From contig JAFWEJ010000013.1 of assembly GCA_017512985.1 (NCBI GenBank), positions 31,695 to 95,694 of the forward strand: DNA of 64,000 nucleotides, read 5' to 3'. The stretch's first letter is position 1. Each line of letters begins with the position of its first letter. The notes under the pieces were generated by a model. The model saw only the letters and a list, made by a program, of their open reading frames with translations, had not been told where the DNA came from and did no database searches. The translations under genes were made by a program, and so were the position numbers. The DNA comes from Clostridia bacterium (GTDB lineage: Bacteria; Bacillota; Clostridia; Christensenellales; Aristaeellaceae). Shown piece by piece: positions 41,160 to 51,200 of the stretch.

Positions 41160-43653
41160 GTTCCAGCCTCCCTTCCAGGTTGATCAGGGGCGTCTGGATG
41201 TCCGCGTACACGTCCTGGGTGTCGCTCCGGAACTGGATATACAGCCTGCCGTCCCTGTCCAGGAAGCGTCCGGGATCCCGGATGCTCTCGTTTGCCTTGA
41301 TCTCTTCCCATTTCTGTTTTTCCGGATTCCAGGCGTAGATCCTGCAGATACTGGTGTAATAGGAATCAAGCAGCACCTGCAGCGTCTCCACTTTCACGCC
41401 TTCCAGTCCGTCCAGGGTATACCGGAAGGTGGGCGTATCGATCAGGGGATGGTAGCTCGACTGCTTCGCGAACGGGTCTGCCTCGCCGGGCTCCAGTTTC
41501 CCGTTGATCTCCACCCGCTCAGGTATATCCATCCCCGCGCTGCGGAAAACCACGCCTGTGCGGCCCACCGCGTCAAACGACAGCTCCGCCGTCAGCGTTA
41601 CAAAGCTCGATTTTTGCGTCACCGGAACGCCGTCCGCTTTCAGTTCCGTCTCCGCCGCGTCATTGATCCGGGCGGCATAGAGGAACTGGGAGGTTTCCAG
41701 GCTTCCGTATGCCCGGTTGCCCTGGGTGCTGCGCAGCACGTCCGCCGCGCCGTTGATCATGGAGCTGAACATGCCCCTTTCCCGGATCTCCCGGGCAGTC
41801 ATCTTTGTGTTGTCGCATTCCATGGCGCTTTCAACCGCGCGGTACAGGCTGGGCGCCTCCGGGTAGATCATTCCGTCATGGAACTTCGGAGCGGCGGGGT
41901 CTGAAACCTTGCCTCTCTTCATCACGAACTCCGTCTTTTCTTCCGGAGCAAGGTCCTTCACGGAAATATAACCGTAGGTCGTTACGATGTAACCCGCCGC
42001 AAAGTGCACGTCTGTTCCGTTCACAACCTCGCCGTGCAGGCCGTCCTCTTCCATCCAGACCGTACCCTCCACCTTGCCCCGGATCTGCGTGGGCATTTCC
42101 GCGGACAGGTTGATGGTATCCCAGGGCGCAAGGCTCTCCGCCGATACATAATTGTCCCCGCCCGCGGTATAGCAGGTTCTCAGGGAAGTCGGCTCCTTGA
42201 GCTTGCTGTCGTCCTGTTCTTCGTCATAGTCCACATAGTCGTAGTTCTGGACGCGCAGATTTTCCCCGCCCACACTGTAGCTGTGGCGGCCGAATTCCGG
42301 CATTGCGACGGAGATGCCGCTGTAGTTCCGGATCACGCCGGTACCGTCCTGTACCAGGTTGTCCGCAATCACCGCGAGCGGCCGGCTCGTCTCCGACCTG
42401 CCGGAAATCAGCAGGATGCTCACCGCAGCGATCAGGGATATTACGGGCAGCGCGAGCCACATCCACTGGCGCCGGTCCTTCCTTTTCAGCACAGCCCACA
42501 GCACGCAGCAGACGACCAGGACTCCGAGCACGGTCAGTATGCCGGCCGCCAGGTAACTCTTTGCCTCAACCTCGGTATTGTAGCCTCCTGTCACTGTAGC
42601 CGGGGAGTAATTGTCCGAACTGGAATACATCACAGCCGAATACAGTTGCTGATCCTGGTCCACCAGCAGCTGCTGCCAGAAAAAGTCCATCAGGTTTTCG
42701 CTGTTCAGCTTGGGATCGCCCGTCTCAAAGGCGGCGGTATAGATTCTCCCGCCGCCTGCCGTCGTCCGGTAGATCAGTCCGTATCCCTGATCATCCCGGA
42801 CAAGCGGTTCCGCTCCGGTCAGTTCCGCGATGGTCACGTTCGGCATGCCGTCGCTCTCGGACCGCATGATCAGCTTCTCCAGGTTGTCCAGGACATGAAT
42901 TGACGTGGTGATCGAGCCGATTTTCAGGCCTGTGTATTTGCTGAAAAACGCCGTGTTCCTGCCGGCGGCCGCTCCGCCGCCCACCAGCGCGATCCTGCCG
43001 CTGCGGAGCCATTCATCCAGCAGCTCCTGCTGTTTCCCGGAAAGGGACGCCGGATCAATATCGTCAAAAACCAGCATGCCGAAACTTTTCAGCAGGTTCC
43101 CGCTGTCCGGGAAAGTGTCCGCTGTCAGCGGGACCGTCTGCCACAGCTCATAACGGCCGAGCACATCATTTTCCCGGGAAATGTTCAGGTTGTTCAGGTT
43201 CTGCGGCCGGGTGCTGAGCACGCCGATGAGCATGGCGGCCGGATTGGCCACATGACCCGGTTTTCCGTTCACGGAGCAGACCGTTTCACCGTCCCGTACC
43301 AGTTCCGCCGTAAACTTTTCCTGGCGGGCAAACACGGCAATGTCCACTTCAAACTCCCGCTGTGAGCCGGCAGGTACAAAGATCTCCTTCTCATAGCGGT
43401 CGTATTCCTTTGCGCTGACATAGGCGTTGATTCCCAGCACGCCTTCAAAGTCGTCGCCGAAATTACGGACCTTCACCTTCACGGGCATTGTCTTCCCGTA
43501 GGTCATCATCCCGTTGAAGCCGACCTCCACGTCCATGTCAAGCAGGTCGTTCTCAACTTCATCGTGCATTGACTCCGCCAGGCACGCGGCGCACAAAAAA
43601 AGCATGCAGGCCGCCAGCAGCAAAGCCAGTGCGTTCTTCATCCTGTTTCGCAA
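41146..43653 (-). CDS. Large exported/membrane hypothetical protein, first gene of MoxR operon
   Basis: Signal peptide, central two-TM hairpin (LKRKDRRQWMW), GGAGG RBS before TTG. Confidence 0.75.
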   Translation of the reverse strand: MRNRMKNALALLLAACMLFLCAACLAESMHDEVENDLLDMDVEVGFNGMMTYGKTMPVKVKVRNFGDDFEGVLGINAYVSAKEYDRYEKEIFVPAGSQREFEVDIAVFARQEKFTAELVRDGETVCSVNGKPGHVANPAAMLIGVLSTRPQNLNNLNISRENDVLGRYELWQTVPLTADTFPDSGNLLKSFGMLVFDDIDPASLSGKQQELLDEWLRSGRIALVGGGAAAGRNTAFFSKYTGLKIGSITTSIHVLDNLEKLIMRSESDGMPNVTIAELTGAEPLVRDDQGYGLIYRTTAGGGRIYTAAFETGDPKLNSENLMDFFWQQLLVDQDQQLYSAVMYSSSDNYSPATVTGGYNTEVEAKSYLAAGILTVLGVLVVCCVLWAVLKRKDRRQWMWLALPVISLIAAVSILLISGRSETSRPLAVIADNLVQDGTGVIRNYSGISVAMPEFGRHSYSVGGENLRVQNYDYVDYDEEQDDSKLKEPTSLRTCYTAGGDNYVSAESLAPWDTINLSAEMPTQIRGKVEGTVWMEEDGLHGEVVNGTDVHFAAGYIVTTYGYISVKDLAPEEKTEFVMKRGKVSDPAAPKFHDGMIYPEAPSLYRAVESAMECDNTKMTAREIRERGMFSSMINGAADVLRSTQGNRAYGSLETSQFLYAARINDAAETELKADGVPVTQKSSFVTLTAELSFDAVGRTGVVFRSAGMDIPERVEINGKLEPGEADPFAKQSSYHPLIDTPTFRYTLDGLEGVKVETLQVLLDSYYTSICRIYAWNPEKQKWEEIKANESIRDPGRFLDRDGRLYIQFRSDTQDVYADIQTPLINLEGRLEHAEN

Positions 43654-43699
43654 AATACTGTCCTCCCCCGGGCGGCCCGTTCGTCCGCCCTGCCTATTA

Positions 43700-43725
43700 G
43701 ACGATTCTCCTTCAGTTTCTGTTTC
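43700..43725 (-). promoter_or_regulatory. Putative ECF-sigma promoter
   Basis: GAAAC-17nt-CGTC(T) about 45 nt upstream of the operon start. Confidence 0.45.
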
Positions 43726-43849
43726 GCCCTGTTATTACACAGCCCCGTCCCGCAGAAAAGCCCCTCCGCCGTTTTATACGATGGAAGGAGCTTCCTGGCA
43801 TATATCGTTCAGATTTTCTGAGCCCTGAATCCCGAACCGGATCACATTT

Positions 43850-44545
43850 TCAGATAAAAAACGTTTTCCTCAGGTGCGCGTGCAGCGGCGGAATCAGCGT
43901 CGCGATAAACAGGAACAGGCCCAGCGCGCCGAACCCGCAGACGCAGTACAGCGACCATACCCACATCGGCGTTCCGAAGGTAATGTGCTGGAAAAACTCG
44001 ATCAGCATGAAACTCGCCCCGATCAGCACCAGGTACAGTCCCAGCAGCCTCAGCCGCCCCTGTCGGATATAGCGGAAAATCGCCACGCCGATCAGCGTCA
44101 GCACACATGCGATCCCCGTCACCGGAAACGCGAAGGGCAGGAACCAGTTTTCCCCGTTCTTCACACAGATATACAGCAGAAACGCCGCCAGGCAGGCAAA
44201 GGAAACCGGCAGGAAAATCATCGGCCGGTACCGCCGGAACAGCAGCGGGAAAAGCAGCAGCATCCAGACCAGGCCTGCGCTCATCAGCACATAGCCGGAC
44301 CAGGCAGCCTCGCCGCGTGTACGCAGGCAGAAGATCAGGCAGCCCAGGCAGACCGCAATGATAACCGTCGTCAGCAGCCATACCACCAGCGTGATTCCGT
44401 GGCGGTTTTCCTTATCAGGCAGCCGGTCCGAATACAGGGTCTTCTCCTCTGACCCCGGCGCCTGCGCGATCGCGACGGGCGTATGGCACAGCGGGCATTC
44501 CTTCGCCCCTTCCTGTAATTTCACCCCGCAATATACGCAATACAT
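43850..44545 (-). CDS. Zn-ribbon plus multi-TM membrane protein (DUF6320-like)
   Basis: MYCVYCG...CPLC followed by about 6 TM segments. Confidence 0.75.
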   Translation of the reverse strand: MYCVYCGVKLQEGAKECPLCHTPVAIAQAPGSEEKTLYSDRLPDKENRHGITLVVWLLTTVIIAVCLGCLIFCLRTRGEAAWSGYVLMSAGLVWMLLLFPLLFRRYRPMIFLPVSFACLAAFLLYICVKNGENWFLPFAFPVTGIACVLTLIGVAIFRYIRQGRLRLLGLYLVLIGASFMLIEFFQHITFGTPMWVWSLYCVCGFGALGLFLFIATLIPPLHAHLRKTFFI

Positions 44546-44557
44546 GTTTCATTCTCC

Positions 44558-44604
44558 TCATTGTGCATTATGCATTGTGCATTATGCATTGTGCATTGTT
44601 AATT
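44558..44604. repeat. Heptamer array (TGCATTR)
   Basis: tgcatta tgcattg tgcatta tgcattg tgcattg. Confidence 0.85.
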
Positions 44605-45864
44605 GCTCTCAATCTCCACCGGAATTCCCAGTTCCACCAGCCTCGCGAAGAACAGCCTCTCCAGTTCCGTCTCCCGGATCCCGCGGATCATGCTGATATA
44701 CGTCTTCCCGCCGTAAGTCACCACGGAGCAGTTGTTCGGGTACGTATACTGCACCCCGATAATAAACTCAAACCGCTCCACCATCGGCGCCATCGGCTCC
44801 GGCACCGTCACCACGCCCATGTTGGAGATATTCAGGCAGCCCTTATTCTCTCCGCTCAGCGTGTAGACCGTGCGCATGCAGATACGCTTGATCGGCAGCG
44901 GGATCAGCCGGAGCAGCAGCACATTCTGCAGATCCACGTTTTTCGCCACCCGGCCCGCCATCCGCTGGGGAATCGTTTCCGCGGCCAGCAGGTGGCCCAT
45001 CAGGGCACAGATCTCTTCGTGCGTGTATTCTCCCAGCCGCGGGTCAAACCCGATATTGACCGCCAGGGTAAAATTCCGCATGGTTTTCATGCCGAAGGTT
45101 CGCCGCAGATTCACCGGAATCGTGATCTTTACCGGCCGGGCTTTCCGGCCCGTCCTGCCTTCCGCCTTCTGCTTCTCCGCCACGGCTTCGGCCAGCACCG
45201 CGGCCAGGTATGCCGTCACGGTCACGCCCTGTTCATGCGCTTTTTCAATCAGCTTGTCCGCCGGCAGGATTCCCGTAATGATATGTCGGAACATATCCGT
45301 TTCCGGCGTTCCGCTGAGGCGGTAGGCCGTATCCTCCGCCCGGCTGATCGCCCGTTTCGCGCCGCAGGAAAGGAAACAGTCCCTGGTTTCTTCAGCCTTC
45401 GGCGCTTCCGTCACGTCAACAATATTCCCCTCCGCCGGGATCTGCGTGCCGTATTTCAGTGCCAGGTAGCGCGCGGTCAGATTCTGCAGCAGGATCAGGC
45501 CTCCCGTTCCGTCCGTCACGGAATGGAAGACTTCCACGGCGATTCGGTTTTCATAATAGAGAAAGCGGACGCAGCAGGTCTTCAGTTCCCTGCGCGTCAT
45601 ATGTGTCAGCGGATAGGCATAGTCCTGCTGCGCCTTCGGCGCTTTTGCGATTGTCTCCAGGTAATACCAGAAAAAGCCGGTTCTCAGCCGGACAAAGCAG
45701 GTCGGAAAACGGGGTTTCAGTTCTTCTATCGCCCGGTCCAGCACATCGGGATCCACCGGCTCCTTCAGCGTCGCGGAAACCCGGAACACATTGTTCCAGT
45801 TTTTCCTGATGATCGCCGGAAAGATCAGCGCGGCGTTATCCAGCCGGTACCATTGTTTCTTCAT
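44599..45864 (-). CDS. Alcohol acetyltransferase-like (HXXXD CoA-dependent acyltransferase)
   Basis: WYRLDNAA, FHSVTDGTG, PVNLRR, SNMG. Confidence 0.8.
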   Translation of the reverse strand: MKKQWYRLDNAALIFPAIIRKNWNNVFRVSATLKEPVDPDVLDRAIEELKPRFPTCFVRLRTGFFWYYLETIAKAPKAQQDYAYPLTHMTRRELKTCCVRFLYYENRIAVEVFHSVTDGTGGLILLQNLTARYLALKYGTQIPAEGNIVDVTEAPKAEETRDCFLSCGAKRAISRAEDTAYRLSGTPETDMFRHIITGILPADKLIEKAHEQGVTVTAYLAAVLAEAVAEKQKAEGRTGRKARPVKITIPVNLRRTFGMKTMRNFTLAVNIGFDPRLGEYTHEEICALMGHLLAAETIPQRMAGRVAKNVDLQNVLLLRLIPLPIKRICMRTVYTLSGENKGCLNISNMGVVTVPEPMAPMVERFEFIIGVQYTYPNNCSVVTYGGKTYISMIRGIRETELERLFFARLVELGIPVEIESN

Positions 45865-45963
45865 CACTTTGTATTTCCTCCGGACATGCGGGCACAACCC
45901 GCACGCACCAGACGATGATAGCACTCGCTGCCCTGTGCAGTCAAACCTCTGCGAATGTACTTA

Positions 45964-45996
45964 GCATTATTCATTATTTATTGTTCATTGTTCATT
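45964..45996. repeat. Heptamer array at amylosucrase stop
   Basis: gcatta ttcatta tttattg ttcattg ttcatt. Confidence 0.7.
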
Positions 45997-47845
45997 TGAA
46001 TGTCTTGTACAGCCACCTGTACCCGCCGGCCGGCACTTTGATGGAGCCCGCCTTGCAGCGTTTTCCGCTTTCCAGGTCCAGGTACATCGTCTCGTCCAGG
46101 ATCCAGGCCACCTGGGGATCCCTGGAGAAGTTGAACAGCGCCAGCAGCTGTTCACCCCGGAAATACCTCCCGATGCCCAGCACCTGGCTGTTCCCTGTGT
46201 TCAGGATCCACACGTCCGCGTCGTCGTCAAACACGCCGTACTGCGCGCGGAGCTTTTCCTGTTTGCTGATCTGCGTAAAGACCCGGTTCTCGGGGCTGTC
46301 CTTCACCTTCCGCTTCTCCGCCTTTGCCCAGTCCATGTCCCCGCGGTGCAGGTACCGGCTGTCCTCCGCCTTCACCGGATCATCGTGATAGGTATAGTCG
46401 TTCTCCTGCGCGATCTCATCCCCGCTGTAGAGCACCGGCACGCCGCTGAGCGTGAACATCAGGGCATGCAGCATCCCGTCCAGCCGGACCGCGTCCTCCA
46501 TATCCCGCTCGCCGCCCTCTTTCCGGGCCGCCTCGATTCCGCACAGGGAAGCGGTCGTTCCGCACAGCCGGGCGTCTCCCAGCCGCGGGTCGTCGTTGTA
46601 CAGCTCTCCCCGCGCCCTGCTCCCCGGGAACGCGCCGGTCAGGTAATCATTCAGGTACTTCTTGTGCGGCACTTCCTCCCAGCCGAAATTCCACCGCAGG
46701 TAGTCGTAATCCAGTCCCCATCCGATGTCGTCATGGCAGCGCAGGTAGTTCAGGAAGACATACTGTTTCGGCAGGGCGAACACCTGTCCCAGCTGGTGCG
46801 CCAGTAGGCGCACGTCCCGGGTGGCCACCGTGTGCCATACGGAGGCCATCGTCGTCACGTTGTACAGCAGGTGGCATTCCGGCTTTTCCACCGTGCCGAA
46901 ATACGGCACCACGCGGCTGGGTTCCATCACAACCTCGCCCAGCAGCAGCGTGCCCGGGCAGATGATCTCGCAGACCATCCGCATCATCCGGACCAGCGTA
47001 TGCACCTGCGGCAGGTTGCGGCAGGTGGTCCCAAGCGCTTTCCAGATATACGGCACCGCGTCCAGGCGGATGATGTCCACGCCGTGGTTGCACAGGTTCA
47101 GCATATTGTCCGTCATGTCGTTGAACACGGCCGGATTGGCATAGTTCAGGTCCCACTGGTAGGGATAGAACATCGTCATGACCACTTTTTTTGCTTCCTC
47201 GCACCAGGTGAAATTCCCGGGCGCCGTGGTCGGGAATACCTGCGGCACGGTCTGCTCATACCAGTTCGGGATGTCCCATGTGTCATAGAAGAAATACCGG
47301 TTCTGGAACTCCGTTTCCCCCGCGCGGGCGCGCCTCGCCCACTCATGGTCTTCACTGGTGTGGTTCATGACAAAGTCCAGGCACACGGAGATCCCCCGCC
47401 TGTGGCATTCCTCCGCCAGGTCCGTCAGGTCGTCCATGGTGCCCAGTTCCGGCTGCACCTTCCGGAAATCGCTCACCGCGTATCCGCCGTCGCTGCGCTC
47501 CTTCGGGCTTTCCAGCAGAGGCATCAGGTGCAGGTAGTTGACCCCGCAGTCCTGGACATAGTCCAGCTTTCCCTTCACACCCTGCAGCGTGCCGGCGAAC
47601 TGTTTCACATACATCAGCATGCCGACCAGGTCGTGCCCCCGGTACCAGTCCGGGCAGGCTTCCCGGGCCCGGTCAATCATCCGCAGGCTCTCCGGCCGGG
47701 CTTCCCACGCCCGGTAGAGCATGCCGGTAAAATACTCCCAGGCCTTTTGGTCATTATGGTACAGCTCCATATACAGCCATTTCAGCTCATCCGCGTGGCG
47801 GGCAAACCGGACGGCAAATTCCTCTTTCCAGTCCTGCGTATTCAT
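45992..47845 (-). CDS. Amylosucrase / GH13 alpha-amylase family protein
   Basis: YLHLMP, DGGYAVSD, DFVMNHTS, QWDLN, RLDAV, YLRCHDDIGW. Confidence 0.9.
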   Translation of the reverse strand: MNTQDWKEEFAVRFARHADELKWLYMELYHNDQKAWEYFTGMLYRAWEARPESLRMIDRAREACPDWYRGHDLVGMLMYVKQFAGTLQGVKGKLDYVQDCGVNYLHLMPLLESPKERSDGGYAVSDFRKVQPELGTMDDLTDLAEECHRRGISVCLDFVMNHTSEDHEWARRARAGETEFQNRYFFYDTWDIPNWYEQTVPQVFPTTAPGNFTWCEEAKKVVMTMFYPYQWDLNYANPAVFNDMTDNMLNLCNHGVDIIRLDAVPYIWKALGTTCRNLPQVHTLVRMMRMVCEIICPGTLLLGEVVMEPSRVVPYFGTVEKPECHLLYNVTTMASVWHTVATRDVRLLAHQLGQVFALPKQYVFLNYLRCHDDIGWGLDYDYLRWNFGWEEVPHKKYLNDYLTGAFPGSRARGELYNDDPRLGDARLCGTTASLCGIEAARKEGGERDMEDAVRLDGMLHALMFTLSGVPVLYSGDEIAQENDYTYHDDPVKAEDSRYLHRGDMDWAKAEKRKVKDSPENRVFTQISKQEKLRAQYGVFDDDADVWILNTGNSQVLGIGRYFRGEQLLALFNFSRDPQVAWILDETMYLDLESGKRCKAGSIKVPAGGYRWLYKTFK

Positions 47846-47990
47846 CTTTTTTCCCTCCGTGTTTCCTTCCGGAAGCAACGTTCTCCTCAGCAAGAAAAAT
47901 ATACCATACTTCCCTTTCCTGCACAACCGCAAACTCTCATTTACTTTCCCGGTTCTTCTGTCATTTAATTATGAATTATGAATTGTTGAG

Positions 47991-48060
47991 GAAGCATCCG
48001 CGCTTTAGCGCGGCGAATGCTTCCCATGTTACAACTGTCAGCGCTTCAGCGCTGGTAACA
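47991..48060. repeat. Two adjacent GC hairpins resembling IS200/IS605-type ends
   Basis: ccgcgctttagcgcgg and cagcgcttcagcgctg, each inside a longer imperfect stem. Confidence 0.45.
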
Positions 48061-48232
48061 GCGATCACAGAATTGTGAATTCTTTGTAACACATTCACCG
48101 GCTAAACTGTGTTATAATAGGCTGATGTGGTTTGGGCATCAGGGCATTTATTCATGTTATACGTCATTATTCATCCGGTCCCGCCCCAACCGCGTCAATC
48201 ACGCTCTTGAACCGCAATGGAAGGAGGATTTC

Positions 48233-51200
48233 ATGAGCAAACTTGACGCGTTATCCGTCTGTGAAAGACTGGAAAACGAAAAAACACTGGACAATCTGTT
48301 TGAGATCATGCGGGACTACGGGGATGCCCCCGCTGCCCTGTGGCTGAAGGGAGAACAGGAACTGTCCTGCACCTTCGCGGAAATGGCCCACCGGGCGGAC
48401 GACTATGCCGCCTGCATCGCGCAGCTCGCGCCGGACGCAGGCTGGGTCGGCATCGCCGTGGATACCTGCCACGACTGGCCGAGCCTGTACTGGGGCGTCA
48501 TGCGCTCCGGCCACAACGCCCTGCTGCTGGACGCCTCCGCGCCGGACAATGTGATCCAGGGCCTGCTGGACGAAGCCGGCTGCCGTGTGATCATTTCCCG
48601 CAAGCCCCGCGCCCTGGCCGGAAACGTCCGCCAGATCGACTTCAAGGAGATCCGGGAAGCGCCGCGCGCCATCGGTTTCACCCCTGTCTGGGGCGAATAT
48701 ACCGCCATGTGCACCAGCGGTACCACCGGCACCAGCCGCATCTTTGCCTACAACGGAACAGCCATCTGTGAGCAGGCGCTGAACGGCCTGACCCTCTACA
48801 ACAACAATTCCCGCATTGTCCGCGCGGACAACCGCGGCCGGAAAACGCTGGCCTTCCTGCCCTTCCACCATGTGCTGGGCTTCATGGGCAACGTCATCCT
48901 GGTGTCGTTCCTGGGTTCGGCGAACGTCTACCTGCAGGACCGCACCCCCAATTCCATCATCAACACCTGCCGCCACTTCCCGCCGAACCTGCTGATCATG
49001 GTGCCCCTGGTGGGCAACAGCCTGGTCCGCTCCGTGGAAAAGGGCCTCAAGAAAGAGAGCAAGGCCAAACGCAGCGCCTTCAAATCCATGAAAGCCCTGT
49101 CCCTCGCGCGCCAGTCCCTCTCTCCCGAGGCCGGACTTGCCTGGGCGCAGGAAAAGGCTTTCGCTGCCCTCAATGAAAAGCTCCTGGGCACCGAGGTGGA
49201 TGTAATCATCCTCGGCGGCAGCCATACGCCGACCGAGACCCTGCGCACCCTGAACGCGCTGGGTTACTATACCGTGACCGGCTACGGCATGACCGAGACC
49301 GGTATCAACGGGTTCGAGCTCGGCATGGACCTGAAGCACCGCCTGAACGGTTCCGTCGGTAAACCCCTGAGCTCCGCCGAATACCGCATCGTTCCCGAAA
49401 AGGAAGGCGAGAAGGTCGGCGAGCTGCAGATCCGCGGACCCGGAATCCATTCTGCCCGCGTCGTGCACGGCGAGATCCTCCCGCCGGACACCCTGGCCGG
49501 CGGCTGGCTCCAGACCGGGGACATCGCCCAGATTGATCCCACCGGCCGCCTTTATATCCGCGGCCGCCTGAAGGACGTCATCATCAACGAGTCCGGCGAG
49601 AACGTCTACCCGGACGATATGGAAGATACCTTCGCGACCCTGAAGGGCGTGGAGCAGAGCTGCGTGGTCGGCTTCCGCCGCAACCGCCGCGACCGGAACG
49701 AGGACATCGTCCTGGTCCTGAACGTCGGCGAGAACTATTCCGACAGCGCCTACCTGGACAAGCTGGCTGCGGCCGTCGCCGCCGCCAACACCCGCCTGCC
49801 GCTCTATACCCAGCTGAACCGCGCGCTGGTCACGCCCATGAAGCTGCCGCTCGTCAGCGGAATCAAGGTCAAGCGGATTGAGCTCAAGCGCATGTATGAG
49901 GAAGGCGAGCTCGCCTACCGCGAACTGGACCTCCACGCCCAGAACGCCGGCGCCGAAGTGGCCGCCGCGGCCGCGCTGGAAACCAAAAACGCCCGCCATG
50001 ACGAAATCCTGAAGAAGGTCCGCTCCATGTACGCGGAAGCGCTGGAAATCAGCGAGAGCGAGATCACCGATAACGCCAACTTCATCGAGGACCTCCAGGG
50101 CGACAGCCTGCAGGTGCTCTCCATTGCCCTGAAGGCGGAAGAAGAATGGGGCATCACCATTCCCGCCGAGGAATACGGTTCCTGCGCCACCGTGCTCGGC
50201 ATGAGCCACGTGGTGGAGAACCTGCTGGACGGCGGTACCGCCGAAGGCGCGAAGCCGAAGGAGCGCGTGCCCGTCCGCCCGATCTTCCGCTTCGAGGATA
50301 CGCCCGAATACAAGCACTTCCTGGAGCGCCAGGAGGCCCTTGTCGGCAAGGGCGACAACCCCTACTTCGTCACCCATGAATCCCCGCTGCTGGATACCGG
50401 CATCATCGACGGCAAGGAAGTGCTGGAGTTCGGCTCCTACAACTACGTCGGCATGTCCGGCCGCAAGGAGGTCAAGGACGCCGCGAAGGCCGCCATCGAC
50501 AAGTACGGCACCAGCGCCAGCGGCAGCCGCCTGCTGGCCGGCGAGAAGCAGGTCCACAAGGACCTGGAGAAGGAGATCGCGGACTGGAAGCATACCGAAG
50601 ACGCCGTGGTCTGCGTCGGCGGGCACTCCACCAACGTAACCTTCGTCGGCAACTTCTGCGGAAAGAACGACCTGATCCTCTACGACGCGCTGGCCCACAA
50701 CTCCATCGAACAGGGCTGCAAGCTGTCCGACGCGACTTCCCGTCCCTTCCCGCACAGCGATCCCGCCGCGCTGGAAACCATACTGAAGAGCCAGCGTGCG
50801 TATTATGAAAAAGTCCTCATCGTGATCGAAGGCGCCTACAGCATGGACGGCGACATCGCCCCCGTGCCGGAATTCGTCCGGATCAAGAAGGAATACGGCT
50901 GCTTCCTGATGGTGGACGAAGCGCACAGCGCCTGCGTCATCGGCAAAACCGGCGGCGGCGTGGATGAATACTTCAACCTTGCCGGCGACGATATCGACAT
51001 CAAGTACGGCACCCTGTCCAAGGGCCTGGGCACCTGCGGCGGCTACCTGGCCGGCAGGAAGTGCCTCATCGACTACCTGCGCTACAACATGCCCGGCTTC
51101 GTCTTCAGCGTCGGCATCTCGCCCGCGCTGGCAGCCGGTTCCCTGGCCGCCATCCGCACGCTCCGCTCCCATCCGGAGATCATGGAACACCTGCGCATCG

